A DNA stretch of 64,000 bases from Xenophilus sp. (GCA_047607325.1 JASGDG010000412.1:17711-81710), one strand, 5' to 3'. Positions 1 through 9,989 are shown, counted from the stretch's first letter. Notes: a model not told the origin generated them from the letters alone. Made by a program: numbers and translations.

Positions 1-5
1 ACGAC

Positions 6-449
6 ATGCCCATGCGCCAGTTCGACCTGCTCGGCTTTTCGACATCGGAGATGCTCAAGCGCCTCGAACGGGATCGCATCGCGGGCATCGAGAGCATCTC
101 GATTCTCCAGATCAAGGTGGCGCGTCCGTTCGAGCAGCAGTCGGAGATCAGCGGGCGCACTGTCGTTCGGCAACTGTCAAGCAAGATGGAAATCACCCGC
201 GACCGCCGCGATGGTCGCAGCATCTATCAGGTCGCCTATGAAGACTACAGCGCCGACGACCTGAGCCAGTACGCGCTTGTGCAGGTGAAGCTGGTGATGC
301 GCATGGCCAAGCAACCGCATCGAAAAGCGCACAACGTCGCCGTGCAGATCACCGCTCCGAACGGGCTGAACGACAAGAGCCGGACGGAGGACGACCGCAA
401 GCGCGTGCTGGAGCAGCTCACCAAGATCGGCGTGTTGAGCCAGTTCTGA
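6..449 (+). CDS. Hypothetical protein, probably the 3' part of a gene starting before the window
   Basis: Open frame from the window edge to TGA at 449; no recognisable motif. Confidence 0.55.
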   Translation: MPMRQFDLLGFSTSEMLKRLERDRIAGIESISILQIKVARPFEQQSEISGRTVVRQLSSKMEITRDRRDGRSIYQVAYEDYSADDLSQYALVQVKLVMRMAKQPHRKAHNVAVQITAPNGLNDKSRTEDDRKRVLEQLTKIGVLSQF

Positions 450-463
450 GGAGGACGCTGACG

Positions 464-1399
464 ATGTCACCGTATCTGAGCTTCTTTCTCGCACTGGACA
501 ACCTGTCACGTCTCGACGCGCCAGTCTTGGCTGCGAGCCTCGGACGCGACGGACGGCAGTTTCTTCAGCGTCGCTGGATTGCGCCCGCAGGCTTCCACAC
601 CCATGTGATGGTGCCGTTCCTCGATTCCGAGCAGGAAGTCGAAGTCGAGGTGGATGAGGACGCAGGCCGATTTCAATACCGCAGTCCGCAGAATGGGCGA
701 ACCGTCGTGCAACCGTTGTCGGACATTGCGCTGTATTCCATCCAGATGGATTCGTGGTTCGATGATCTGGCCGCGCTGATCGGCATCGAGGCCCACCGAC
801 GCTCCGCCATTCAGACCCGCACACCAAACCACCTGTGGCACCTCGGCGAGATGCGAATCGCCAATACGCACGACTTCGCGCCGGTGTTCGTCGGGCGAGC
901 GTGGTCGCGCGCGCCGCAAGACAAGACCACTGCCGTCCTTGCCGATTCGGGCTGGGCGCGTGGCGGCGTCGTCCTGTGCCCTCGGCGTATCGAAGCAGCA
1001 CTTCCGCGTGATCACGCCATGCGAGGCCTCGACGAGTTCGTGCGCGTGTTCGATGGAGTGGACGCGTTCGACACCGATGCATTCAACCGTGTCCTGCGCG
1101 GATACGTCACCATCGTGGGCGAACCCGAGCCCGTGCAATTCTTGAACGGTACGCGGCTCAAGCTCCCGCACATGACATCGTCAATCGAACTCACCGAAGC
1201 GCGCGCAAAGATTATCAAGCAGATGTGGGGCACCGATGGACACGCACCGCCCGTGATGTCGTGGGCGGAAGTCAATGGTGCCGTCACCGTCAACACTGGC
1301 TATCAGTCCTTCGACAACGCTTTCAACGAGACCCCGAGCCGCGAGGACGTGATCGAAAAGGTTTCGCGCGGGAAATACCGTCTGCGACGCAACCCATAA
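464..1399 (+). CDS. Hypothetical protein with possible C-terminal winged HTH
   Basis: 311 aa; GAGGAGG RBS upstream; ends in a wing-like GKYRLR. Confidence 0.65.
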   Translation: MSPYLSFFLALDNLSRLDAPVLAASLGRDGRQFLQRRWIAPAGFHTHVMVPFLDSEQEVEVEVDEDAGRFQYRSPQNGRTVVQPLSDIALYSIQMDSWFDDLAALIGIEAHRRSAIQTRTPNHLWHLGEMRIANTHDFAPVFVGRAWSRAPQDKTTAVLADSGWARGGVVLCPRRIEAALPRDHAMRGLDEFVRVFDGVDAFDTDAFNRVLRGYVTIVGEPEPVQFLNGTRLKLPHMTSSIELTEARAKIIKQMWGTDGHAPPVMSWAEVNGAVTVNTGYQSFDNAFNETPSREDVIEKVSRGKYRLRRNP

Positions 1400-1448
1400 A
1401 TCCGACTACAAATCGAACTACACACGGGCCATAAACCCGTGCGGAGAC

Positions 1449-1484
1449 TGCGATGTGCCCATTTCATCTAGGAGGCACATCGCA
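1449..1484 (+). promoter_or_regulatory. 11-bp hairpin occluding the RBS of the AlpA-like gene
   Basis: TGCGATGTGCC (1449-1459) pairs perfectly with GGCACATCGCA (1474-1484); GGAGG at 1471-1475; ATG at 1485. Confidence 0.6.
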
Positions 1485-1748
1485 ATGCAACCCCAAACCC
1501 TTTCCACCAAAACCGGGCTGATCGCGCATCAGCCGATGCCGGGCGGGACGCCGCGCATCGCCCTCGACGAAAACCAGCTCGCCATCCGGTGGGGGCTTTC
1601 CGTCAAGACCCTGCGCCGCTGGCGTCAGGAACAGCTCGGGCCGATCTACTGCAAGCTCGGCCACCGGGTCACCTACCTGCTGCACGAAATCGAAGCCTTC
1701 GAGCGGCGCGTCTCGCGCTACTCCAGCTTCACTCGTGCGTACCAGTGA
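1485..1748 (+). CDS. AlpA/excisionase-like HTH DNA-binding protein
   Basis: LDENQLAIRWGLSVKTLRRWRQEQLGPIYCKLGHRVTY is a MerR-like/HTH_17 pattern. Confidence 0.85.
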   Translation: MQPQTLSTKTGLIAHQPMPGGTPRIALDENQLAIRWGLSVKTLRRWRQEQLGPIYCKLGHRVTYLLHEIEAFERRVSRYSSFTRAYQ

Positions 1749-1758
1749 GGAGACGGTC

Positions 1759-2238
1759 ATGAACGATTTGACCCTCTTTCCCGCCGACATCGCCGCGATG
1801 TCCGTCAGCCAGTTGGCCGCGCTGCCCGCCGCGCAGAAGGCCGAGATCGACAAGAACCTCGACGAAGCCCTCGACTGGCTCAAGAAGGCGCGCACCAAGT
1901 TCGACGCGGCGCTCGACGCCGCCTACGGCGAACAGGCCCGCACGGCGCTGCGCGATTCCGGCCGCGACTTCGGCACCGCGCATCTCGACGACGGCCCGCT
2001 GCACATCAAGTTCGAACTGCCCAAGAAGGTCAGTTGGGATCAGAAGAAGCTGAGCGACATCGCCGCCCACATCGTGGCCTCCGGCGAGAAGGTCGAGCAC
2101 TTCCTCGACGTGAAGCTGGCGGTTTCCGAATCGCGCTTTACCAACTGGCCGCCGACGCTCCAGCAGGAGTTCGCCGCCGCTCGCACGGTCGAGCCGGGCA
2201 AGCCGTCTTTCACCCTTTCCCTCGATTCGGAGCACTGA
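1759..2238 (+). CDS. Conserved phage hypothetical protein
   Basis: GAGGAG RBS; 159 aa; coupled to the phage early genes. Confidence 0.75.
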   Translation: MNDLTLFPADIAAMSVSQLAALPAAQKAEIDKNLDEALDWLKKARTKFDAALDAAYGEQARTALRDSGRDFGTAHLDDGPLHIKFELPKKVSWDQKKLSDIAAHIVASGEKVEHFLDVKLAVSESRFTNWPPTLQQEFAAARTVEPGKPSFTLSLDSEH

Positions 2239-2240
2239 TC

Positions 2241-2522
2241 ATGAGCACCAGCCTCATCGCTTTGCTGCGCAAGCAGCTACCGTCCATCTTCGGCGAATCC
2301 CTGCCCACGGACATCCATTACCGCAACGCCGACGGCAACGTGGTCGCCGTCGCGCTCGACGCGGCCACGGTGGACGAACTGGCCTTCGCCATCCAGACCG
2401 CCAGCGCGGAAGCGTCGGCATTGAACCGCCGCCGCAACGCGCTGGAAGACCTCCACACCGAGGTGCGCAAGCGCGCCGCCCGCGGTGCCGACCGCATCGC
2501 CGACATCGCGTGGGAGGGCTGA
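2241..2522 (+). CDS. Phage hypothetical protein
   Basis: 93-aa ORF closely coupled to both neighbours. Confidence 0.7.
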   Translation: MSTSLIALLRKQLPSIFGESLPTDIHYRNADGNVVAVALDAATVDELAFAIQTASAEASALNRRRNALEDLHTEVRKRAARGADRIADIAWEG

Positions 2523-2524
2523 TC

Positions 2525-3286
2525 ATGAGCGCGATCATTCCCTTCCAGTTCGAGGCGCACGCCGTGCGCGTGCAGGTCGACGGCGCGGGCCTGCCGTGGT
2601 TCAACGCCAGCGACGTCTGCGATGCGCTGGAGATGGGCAACCCGTCTCAGGCGATCAAGTCCCACGTCGATGCCGATGATCTCCAGAAATTGGAGGTCAT
2701 CGACAACCTCGGCCGCACACAGCGCGCCAACCACGTCAACGAATCCGGCCTCTACGCTCTGATCCTCGGCAGCACGAAGGACGCCGCAAAACGCTTCAAG
2801 CGTTGGGTGACCGGCGAAGTGCTGCCCGCGATCCGCAAGACCGGCGCGTATGCCACCCCCGGCACGCTGGCGGCCTTGCCCGCGCCGACCCACGACCGCG
2901 TGTCCGCCATCCTGCTGATCGGCGAGGCCGTGGCGAAGGTGCCGGGCGTGAAGCCGGGTATCGCGGTGGCGGCGACGCTGACCTGTATTCAGGAGAACAC
3001 CGGCATCACCACCGAGGTGCTGCGCCGCGCGCTGTCGTCGGCCAACGAGCCGATCTGCGCCTTGAACGCCACCCAGCTCGGCAAGCTGCTGAACCGCTCG
3101 GCCAAGGCCACGAACCAGTTGCTGTCGGCAGGCGGATTCCAGTTTCGCAATGACCGCGACGAATGGGAACTGACCGAGGCCGGTGAAGCGTGGGCCGAGG
3201 CCATGCCGTACTCGCGCAACGGCCACAGCGGCTACCAGATTCTCTGGAATCCCGCCGTCGCCGACGAGTTGAAGGAGGTGGCGTGA
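2525..3286 (+). CDS. BRO-N domain antirepressor-like protein
   Basis: PWFNASDVCDALE...VNESGLYALILGS...AKRFKRWVTGEVLPAIRKTG is the BRO-N signature. Confidence 0.9.
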   Translation: MSAIIPFQFEAHAVRVQVDGAGLPWFNASDVCDALEMGNPSQAIKSHVDADDLQKLEVIDNLGRTQRANHVNESGLYALILGSTKDAAKRFKRWVTGEVLPAIRKTGAYATPGTLAALPAPTHDRVSAILLIGEAVAKVPGVKPGIAVAATLTCIQENTGITTEVLRRALSSANEPICALNATQLGKLLNRSAKATNQLLSAGGFQFRNDRDEWELTEAGEAWAEAMPYSRNGHSGYQILWNPAVADELKEVA

Positions 3287-4140
3287 TGTCCCTCCCGATC
3301 ATCTCCGCGCAGCAGCGCATGGCCGAGCGCAAGGGCGTGAAGCTCCTGATGCTGGGCAAGTCCGGCATCGGCAAGACCACCCGGCTCAAAGACCTCGACC
3401 CGAAGACCACGCTGTTCATCGACATCGAGGCGGGCGACCTCGCCGTGGCCGACTGGCCGGGCGACACCATTCGTCCGGCGTCGTGGCCGGAGAGCCGCGA
3501 CTTCTTCGTGTTCCTCGCCGGGCCGGACAAGTCCCTGCCGCCGGACGCCGCGTTCTCGCAGGCGCATTACGACCACGTCATCGAGAAGTTCGGCGACCCG
3601 GAGCAGCTCGACCGCTACCACACCTTCTTCCTCGACTCGATCACGCAGCTCTCGCGCCAGTGCTTCGCGTGGTGCAAGACGCAACCGGGCGCGGTCAGCG
3701 ACCGCACCGGCAAGCCCGACATGCGCGGCGCTTACGGTCAGCTTGGACAGGAGATGGTCAGTGCGCTCACCCACCTGCAGCACGCGCGTGGCAAGAACGT
3801 GGTGTTCGTCTGCATCCTCGACGAACGGCTCGACGACTACAACCGCAAGGTGTTCGTGCCGCAGATCGAGGGCAGCAAGACCAGCCTCGAACTGCCCGGC
3901 ATCGTCGACGAGGTCGTGACGCTGGCCGAGATCAAGGCCCAGAACCCGGATGGCAGCGACAGCAGCTTCCGCGCCTTCGTCACCCACACCCTCAATCCCT
4001 ACGGCTATCCGGCCAAAGACCGCAGCGGTCGTCTCGACCTGCTCGAACCGCCGGACTTGAACGCGCTGATCGCCAAGTGCGCGGGCACGCCCGTGCCCGC
4101 CAGCGTCGCCATTCCCCAATCCCACGAATCTCAGGAGTAA
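3286..4140 (+). CDS. AAA_24/Sak4-like phage recombination ATPase
   Basis: Walker A GKSGIGKT; Walker B FFLDSIT; sits upstream of the SSB and exonuclease. Confidence 0.8.
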   Translation: MSLPIISAQQRMAERKGVKLLMLGKSGIGKTTRLKDLDPKTTLFIDIEAGDLAVADWPGDTIRPASWPESRDFFVFLAGPDKSLPPDAAFSQAHYDHVIEKFGDPEQLDRYHTFFLDSITQLSRQCFAWCKTQPGAVSDRTGKPDMRGAYGQLGQEMVSALTHLQHARGKNVVFVCILDERLDDYNRKVFVPQIEGSKTSLELPGIVDEVVTLAEIKAQNPDGSDSSFRAFVTHTLNPYGYPAKDRSGRLDLLEPPDLNALIAKCAGTPVPASVAIPQSHESQE

Positions 4141-4145
4141 TCACC

Positions 4146-4784
4146 ATGACCACGCAGAACTGGAACGACTTCAACGACGCCGAACAGCAGCAAGGCTTCG
4201 ACCTCATCCCCAAGGGCACCATCGTCCCGGTGCGCATGACCATCAAGCCGGGCGGCCACGACGATCCCGAACAGGGCTGGGGCGGCGGCTATGCCACCGA
4301 ATCCTTCGAGACCGGCTCGATCTACCTCGCCGCCGAGTTCGTCGTCACCGGCGGCGCGCACGCCAAACGCAAGATGTGGTCGAACATCGGCCTGCACTCC
4401 AAGAAGGGGCCGACGTGGGGCCAGATGGGGCGTAGCTTCATCCGCGCCGTGCTCAACAGCGCGCGCAACGTCCATCCGCAGGACAACGGCCCGCAGGCGG
4501 CGGCCGCGCGCCGTATCCAAGGCTTCCACGAACTGGACGGCATCGAGTTCCTCGCCCGTGTGGATGTCGAGAAGGACGCCAAAGGCCTGGATCGCAACGT
4601 CGTGAAGCTCGCGGTCGAACCCGACCACCCCGACTACGCCAAGTTCATGGGCGTGCCGCCGAAAACCAAGACCGGCGGTGGTACTTCGGGCGCTCCGGCG
4701 CAGGCCGCGCCGTCTTCCTACACCGCCACGCCCGCCGCGCCGCAGCGCGCGCCGGTGACCGGCAAGCCCGCGTGGGCGCAGTGA
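4146..4784 (+). CDS. Phage ssDNA-binding protein (DUF669-like)
   Basis: Acidic N-terminus DFNDAEQQQGFDLIPKG; beta-rich core; low-complexity P/A tail ending PAWAQ. Confidence 0.65.
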   Translation: MTTQNWNDFNDAEQQQGFDLIPKGTIVPVRMTIKPGGHDDPEQGWGGGYATESFETGSIYLAAEFVVTGGAHAKRKMWSNIGLHSKKGPTWGQMGRSFIRAVLNSARNVHPQDNGPQAAAARRIQGFHELDGIEFLARVDVEKDAKGLDRNVVKLAVEPDHPDYAKFMGVPPKTKTGGGTSGAPAQAAPSSYTATPAAPQRAPVTGKPAWAQ

Positions 4785-4793
4785 GGGAGGCGA

Positions 4794-5264
4794 ATGAAAT
4801 GCTGGGTCTGCAAACGACAGGCGCGCGGCTACGGCCACACGGATGGCCGGTTCAAGACCGCCGATCCGCGCCGCTACGTGATCGACTGGGTGTTCTGCTC
4901 GCGCCGCTGTCAGGACGCCTTCCACATGCTCTACGGCAACTGGATGCGCGTGAAGGAAGGGCGCGTCGCCAAGACGGAGGTCGCCATGATCGATCCGTCT
5001 GATATCGAGAAGGCCGCGATGAGGAAGTGCCTCAAGGCCTTCGGCGAAGCGGCGGGCGAAATCGGCTTCGACAAGCCCTTGGGCCAGTACGACGAAGCCG
5101 AGGCGCTGCGCGTCATCGACGCCATCGTCACCTGCTACACGGAGGCGATGGTCGAGCACCACGAGGCGACCAAGTACCCACCCGTGCGCGGCATGGCTCC
5201 GACGCCCGACCCATTCGATCTGTCCGATCTGGAGGACAAGGAGTTCTGGGAGGCGAAGCCATGA
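4794..5264 (+). CDS. Phage hypothetical protein with N-terminal Zn-finger-like CxxC...CxxxC
   Basis: MKCWVCKR...FCSRRCQ; GGGAGG RBS. Confidence 0.7.
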   Translation: MKCWVCKRQARGYGHTDGRFKTADPRRYVIDWVFCSRRCQDAFHMLYGNWMRVKEGRVAKTEVAMIDPSDIEKAAMRKCLKAFGEAAGEIGFDKPLGQYDEAEALRVIDAIVTCYTEAMVEHHEATKYPPVRGMAPTPDPFDLSDLEDKEFWEAKP

Positions 5265-5998
5265 TGGACTTCAATTCCTCGTCCAGCGTCTCCGGCCAGA
5301 TCACCGCGCTCGTGGACATCGGCATGCAGCGCGTGCGCGCACAGCAGCCCGCGCGTGACTACCTCGGCGCATCGCGTCTGGGCGTGTCGTGCGAGCGCGC
5401 CTTGCAGTTCGAGTACGCGAAGGCTCCGGTCGACTACGGACGCGACACCCAAGGCCGGATGCTGCGCATCTTCGAGCGCGGTCACGTCATCGAGGACTGC
5501 ATGGTGGCGTGGCTCCGTGACGCGGGCTTCGATCTGCGAACGCAGAAACCAGACGGCGGTCAGTTCGGTTTCTCCGATGCGCATGGTCGGCTGCGCGGTC
5601 ACGTCGACGGCGTCATCGTCGGCGGGCCGGAGGGTTTCCGCTACCCCGCGCTGTGGGAGAACAAATGCCTCGGCGTGAAGGCGTGGCGCGAGCTGGACGC
5701 CAAAGGCCTCGCGGTCGCCAAGCCGGTGTACGCGGCGCAGGTCGCGCTGTATCAGGCCCACCTGCAACTGCACGAGCACCCGGCGCTGTTCACCGCGATC
5801 AACGCCGACACGATGGAGATCTACGTCGAACTCGTGCCCTTCGATCCCGCGCTGGCGCAACGCATGACCGACCGTGCGGTGAAGGTCATTGCGGCGACCG
5901 AAGCCAGTGAACTGCTGCCGCGCGCTTTCAACGATGCCACCCACTTCGAATGCCGTATGTGCGCGTGGCAAGACCGCTGCTGGAGGACACCGGCATGA
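5261..5998 (+). CDS. PD-(D/E)xK exonuclease (Cas4-like/YqaJ-like phage nuclease)
   Basis: GHVDG...WENK motifs, Q-x-x-x-Y, and Cys cluster CER...CRMCAWQDRC. Confidence 0.8.
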   Translation: MMDFNSSSSVSGQITALVDIGMQRVRAQQPARDYLGASRLGVSCERALQFEYAKAPVDYGRDTQGRMLRIFERGHVIEDCMVAWLRDAGFDLRTQKPDGGQFGFSDAHGRLRGHVDGVIVGGPEGFRYPALWENKCLGVKAWRELDAKGLAVAKPVYAAQVALYQAHLQLHEHPALFTAINADTMEIYVELVPFDPALAQRMTDRAVKVIAATEASELLPRAFNDATHFECRMCAWQDRCWRTPA

Positions 5999-6249
5999 AC
6001 GATGACACCCAATTCGCTGGCGGCGTCGAACCCATGATCGACGCCAAGCAGGCTGCCACTGCCTTGCGTTTGCCGTACTACTGGTTTGCCGATCATCAGA
6101 TGCGAGCCAAGTACAGGATTCCGCACTACCTTATGGGTGGTCTGGTTCGCTACCGGCTGTCGGAGCTTTCCGCTTGGGCCGCGCGCAGCAACGCAGTCCA
6201 GAACCGCAACGAACACGACAGCGGATCGTCTGTCGAGGGGGTCGAATGA
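5995..6249 (+). CDS. Small HTH/excisionase-like DNA-binding protein
   Basis: MIDAKQAATALRLP...RIPHYLMGGLVRYRLSEL. Confidence 0.7.
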   Translation: MNDDTQFAGGVEPMIDAKQAATALRLPYYWFADHQMRAKYRIPHYLMGGLVRYRLSELSAWAARSNAVQNRNEHDSGSSVEGVE

Positions 6250-8756
6250 TCGACTTCAACGACGCCAATCCACCTGCCTCTCGTGACCTCGACGCCGAAC
6301 GCGACACCATTCGCACCGAGCTGCTTGGGCGGCTGGAATCGGTGCTAGCGGCACTGTTTCCCGCAGGCAAGAAGCGCAACGGCAAGTTCCTGATCGGCGA
6401 TGTGCTCGGCAGTCCGGGCGACAGCCTCGAAGTCGTGCTCACCGGCGACAAGACCGGCCTGTGGACGGATCGCGCCACGGGCGACGGCGGCGACATCTTC
6501 ACGCTGATCGCGGCGCAGCTCGGCGTCAATGCGCACGCGGATTTTCCGCGCGTGCTCGAAGCGGCGACCGAACTGGTCGGGCGCACTCCGGTGGCACCGG
6601 CGCGCAAGGGCAAGAAAGAAGCGCCCGTCGATGACCTCGGCCCGGCCACCGCCAAGTGGGACTACCTCGACGCCAGCAGCAAGCTGATCGCGGTCGTCTA
6701 TCGCTACGACCCGCCCGGAAGGAAGAAGGAGTTCCGTCCGTGGGACGCGCGCCGCCGCAAGATGGCTCCGCCCGAACCACGTCCGCTCTACAACCAGCCG
6801 AACCTTACCAGCGCCTCGCAGGTGGTGTTGGTCGAAGGCGAGAAATGCGCGCAGGCGCTGATCGGCGCAGGCGTCGTCGCCACCACCGCAATGCACGGCG
6901 CGAACGCGCCGGTGGACAAAACCGACTGGTCGCCGCTGACCGGCAAGGCTGTGCTGATCTGGCCCGACCGCGACAAGCCGGGCTGGGACTACGCGACGCA
7001 AGCGGCGCAGGCCATCCTGTCGGCGGGCGCGAAATCCTGCCACATCCTGTATCCGCCCGAAGACGCTGCCGAAGGTTGGGATGCGGCGGACGCGGCAGTC
7101 GAAGGCTTCGACATCGCGGCTTTCCTCACGCATGGGCCACGCTTGCAGATGCACGACATCGACGAGGAGGCCGCGCCAGTCGTCAGCAACGACGAATCGG
7201 TGTGGGGCACGGAGGACGCGCTGGCGCTGTCCTTCACCCGCCGCTACCACCGCGACTGGCGCTACGTCGCGGCGTGGGGACGTTGGTTGGTGTGGGACGG
7301 GCAACGCTGGCGCACCGAGGACACGCTCGCGGCGACCGACCTGATCCGCAGTGTCTGCCGTCACGCCGCCGTCCACGCCGACAACCCGAAGATCGCCGCC
7401 AAGCTCGCCACCTCCGGCACGGTCGGCGGCGTCGAACGGCTGGCGCGCGCGGATCGCAGGCACGCGGCCACCACTGCCGAATGGGACGCCGACCCGTGGC
7501 TGCTCAACACGCCCGGCGGCGTGGTCGACCTCACCACCGGCAGGCAGCGCACGCACGACCGCGCCGACCGGATGACGAAGATCACCACGGCCACGCCCGG
7601 CGGCGACTGCCCGATCTGGCGGCAGTTCCTCGCCGAAGTCACGGGTGGCGACAACGAGCTGCAAATCTACCTGCAACGGATGGCGGGCTACGCGCTCACC
7701 GGCTCGACGCAGGAGCACGCGTTGTTCTTCCTGTACGGCACGGGTGCGAACGGCAAGTCGGTGTTCGTCAACACGCTGGCCACGATCTTGGGCGACTACG
7801 CGGCCAACGCGCCGATGGACACCTTCATGGAAACGCGCACCGACCGGCATCCGACCGACATGGCGGGCCTGCGTGGCGCGCGCTTCGTGGCCGCCATCGA
7901 AACCGAACAAGGGCGGCGCTGGGCCGAATCCAAGGTCAAGAACCTCACGGGTGGCGACAAGATCTCCGCGCGTTTCATGCGGCAGGACTTCTTCGAGTTC
8001 TTCCCGCAGTTCAAGCTGGTCGTCGCAGGCAACCACAAGCCCGCCATCCGCAACATCGACGAAGCGATGAAGCGGCGGCTGCACCTGATCCCGTTCACGA
8101 TCACCGTGCCGCCCGAACGCCGCGACAAGCATCTCCAGCAGAAGCTCTTGGCCGAGCGCGACGGCATTCTGGCGTGGGCGATTCAGGGTTGTCTGGACTG
8201 GCAGCGCCTCGGACGGCTCGCGCCGCCGCAGCAGGTGCTCGAAGCGACCGAGGAGTATTTCGAGGCCGAAGACGCGGTGAGCGCCGAACCCATCGGTGGC
8301 AATGGTTTGATCGGGCCGGTCGTCGGCGACCGCTACTTCCTCGCCCACCCGAAGGTGTCGGCGGTCGTGGTCACCGATTCGGCGGGCACGCCCGCGACGC
8401 TGGTCGCAGGTACCCACTACACCGTGGACACGGACTTCGGTGCCCTCCAGTTTCTGGATACCACCGGCTTCACCGCGCCGTTCAAGGCAGCCTACACCTA
8501 CGGCGCGGCCACCGAGATCGGCATCTTCACGCAGTCGGTGCCGGAGCGTTACCTGCGGCTGGAAGGCATCAACACCGCGCAGGGCAACGCGAAGGTGTTG
8601 GTCGAGCTGTACCGCGTGGCCTTCGATCCGCTGAAGGAAATCTCCTTCATCTCGGACGAATACAACAAGTTCGAGCTGGAAGGCTCGCTCTTGGCCGACA
8701 CCACCAAGCCCTTCGACGCGGTGCTCGGCCAGTTCGGTCGCATCGTGCAGTTGTGA
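6246..8756 (+). pseudogene. Chimeric ORF: P4/D5-family primase-helicase (about 677 aa, C-terminus lost) fused in frame to the C-terminal 159 aa of a major tail tube protein
   Basis: TOPRIM VLVEGEK...DRD; SF3 Walker A GTGANGKS and motif C VVAGNHKP; after EYFEAEDA (GAC GCG, 8271-8276) the sequence switches to VSAEPIGG...RYFLAHPKVS...YTVDTDFGALQF...FGRIVQL, which is tail-tube-like and directly precedes the tail chaperone. Confidence 0.85.
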
Positions 8757-8764
8757 GGTGCGCC

Positions 8765-9163
8765 ATGAGCGATCTGGACAAGCTCGTCCCGCAAGCCTTC
8801 GAGATCACGCTCGCGGGCGAAGCCGTCAGCGTGAAGCCGCTGAAGGTCGGGCAGATGCCCGCCTTCCTGCGCGCGATCACGCCGGTGATGCAGCAGATCG
8901 GCGGCGACGGCATCGACTGGCTGGCGCTGTTCGGCGAGCGCGGCGACGACCTGCTGACGGCGGTGTCCATCGCCATCGGCAAACCGCGCGCGTGGGTCGA
9001 TGCACTCGACGCCGACGAAGCCATCCTACTAGCGGCGAAGGTGATCGAGGTGAACGCGGATTTTTTTACCCGGACGGTGATGCCGCGCCTCGACGGGCTG
9101 ATCGCGCGGACGAGCGCGGCGGTGGCGACGGCCACGGCTGGTTCGACACCGTCCAGCACCTGA
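8765..9163 (+). CDS. Tail assembly chaperone (gpG-like)
   Basis: Lies between the tail tube remnant and the tape measure; GAGGTG RBS; contains the slippery run T TTT TTT. Confidence 0.75.
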   Translation: MSDLDKLVPQAFEITLAGEAVSVKPLKVGQMPAFLRAITPVMQQIGGDGIDWLALFGERGDDLLTAVSIAIGKPRAWVDALDADEAILLAAKVIEVNADFFTRTVMPRLDGLIARTSAAVATATAGSTPSST

Positions 9164-9369
9164 TCGCCCACGGCCACCGGCTGCCGGACATCCTCGACTA
9201 CACGCTGGCGCAGCTGCGCGGCTTCGCCGCTGCCACGGCGCGGGAGGACGCCGCGTGCGATGCGCGGCTGCTCTCGTTGATCGCCATCGGCGCGCGCGGC
9301 GATGCCCGCCACCTCGACCAGACCCTCGACAGGCTCCAAGACCGTGCGCATCTCCGTTCGCATCGATAG
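9067..9369 (+). CDS. gpT-like segment, probably reached by a -1 ribosomal frameshift from the chaperone gene
   Basis: -1 frame is open from the T7 run (9061-9067) to 9369; FDTVQHLIAHGHRLPDILDYTLAQ; no ATG start of its own. Confidence 0.55.
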   Translation, partial: YPDGDAAPRRADRADERGGGDGHGWFDTVQHLIAHGHRLPDILDYTLAQLRGFAAATAREDAACDARLLSLIAIGARGDARHLDQTLDRLQDRAHLRSHR

Positions 9370-9988
9370 CAAGGCCGCGCAGGCGCAATTGCGACACTGG
9401 GGCGGTGAGTTCCGCGACAAGGTCAAGAAGGCGGTCGCGCGCGGCATCGCCAGCGAGGCTACCGACCTGAAACAGGACGTGCGCAGCCACGTCGCGGGCC
9501 AGATGGCGGTGGTCAAGAAATCCTTCGTCAAGGGCTTCACCGCGAAGGTGCTCGACAAGGACAAAAACCGGCTGCCCGCGCTCTACGTCGGCTCGCGCAT
9601 CCCGTGGTCGGGCATCCACGAGCACGGCGGACAGATCGCGGGCCGGATGCTGATTCCGCTGAACGGGCGCGTGGGCCGCAAACGCTTCAAGGCGCAGATC
9701 GCCGAGCTGATGCGCGGCGGCAACGCCTATTTCATCAAGAATGCAAAGGGGAACATCGTGCTGATGGCTGAGAACATCGCCGAACACGACCGCGTGCTCT
9801 CCGGCTTCAAGCGCCGCCACCGCAAGGCCGAAGGCATCAAGAAGTTGAAGCGCGGCGCGGACATTCCCATCGCGGTGCTGGTGCCGCGTGTGGTGCTCAA
9901 GAAACGGCTCGATGTCGAGCGGATCGTCGCGGGCCGTATCCCGCGTCTGACGGCGGCCATCGAAAAGCAGCTTCGCGTGGTGGACTGA
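9344..9988 (+). CDS. Phage tail-region protein (DUF6441-like)
   Basis: GTG start, VRISVRIDSK; basic protein directly upstream of the tape measure. Confidence 0.7.
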   Translation: MRISVRIDSKAAQAQLRHWGGEFRDKVKKAVARGIASEATDLKQDVRSHVAGQMAVVKKSFVKGFTAKVLDKDKNRLPALYVGSRIPWSGIHEHGGQIAGRMLIPLNGRVGRKRFKAQIAELMRGGNAYFIKNAKGNIVLMAENIAEHDRVLSGFKRRHRKAEGIKKLKRGADIPIAVLVPRVVLKKRLDVERIVAGRIPRLTAAIEKQLRVVD

Positions 9989-9989
9989 G

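Noticed and set aside
5261-5998. Cas4-like nuclease as a sign of CRISPR
   Set aside because: It lies in a Sak4-SSB-exonuclease phage recombination module; no cas1/cas2 or array in the window
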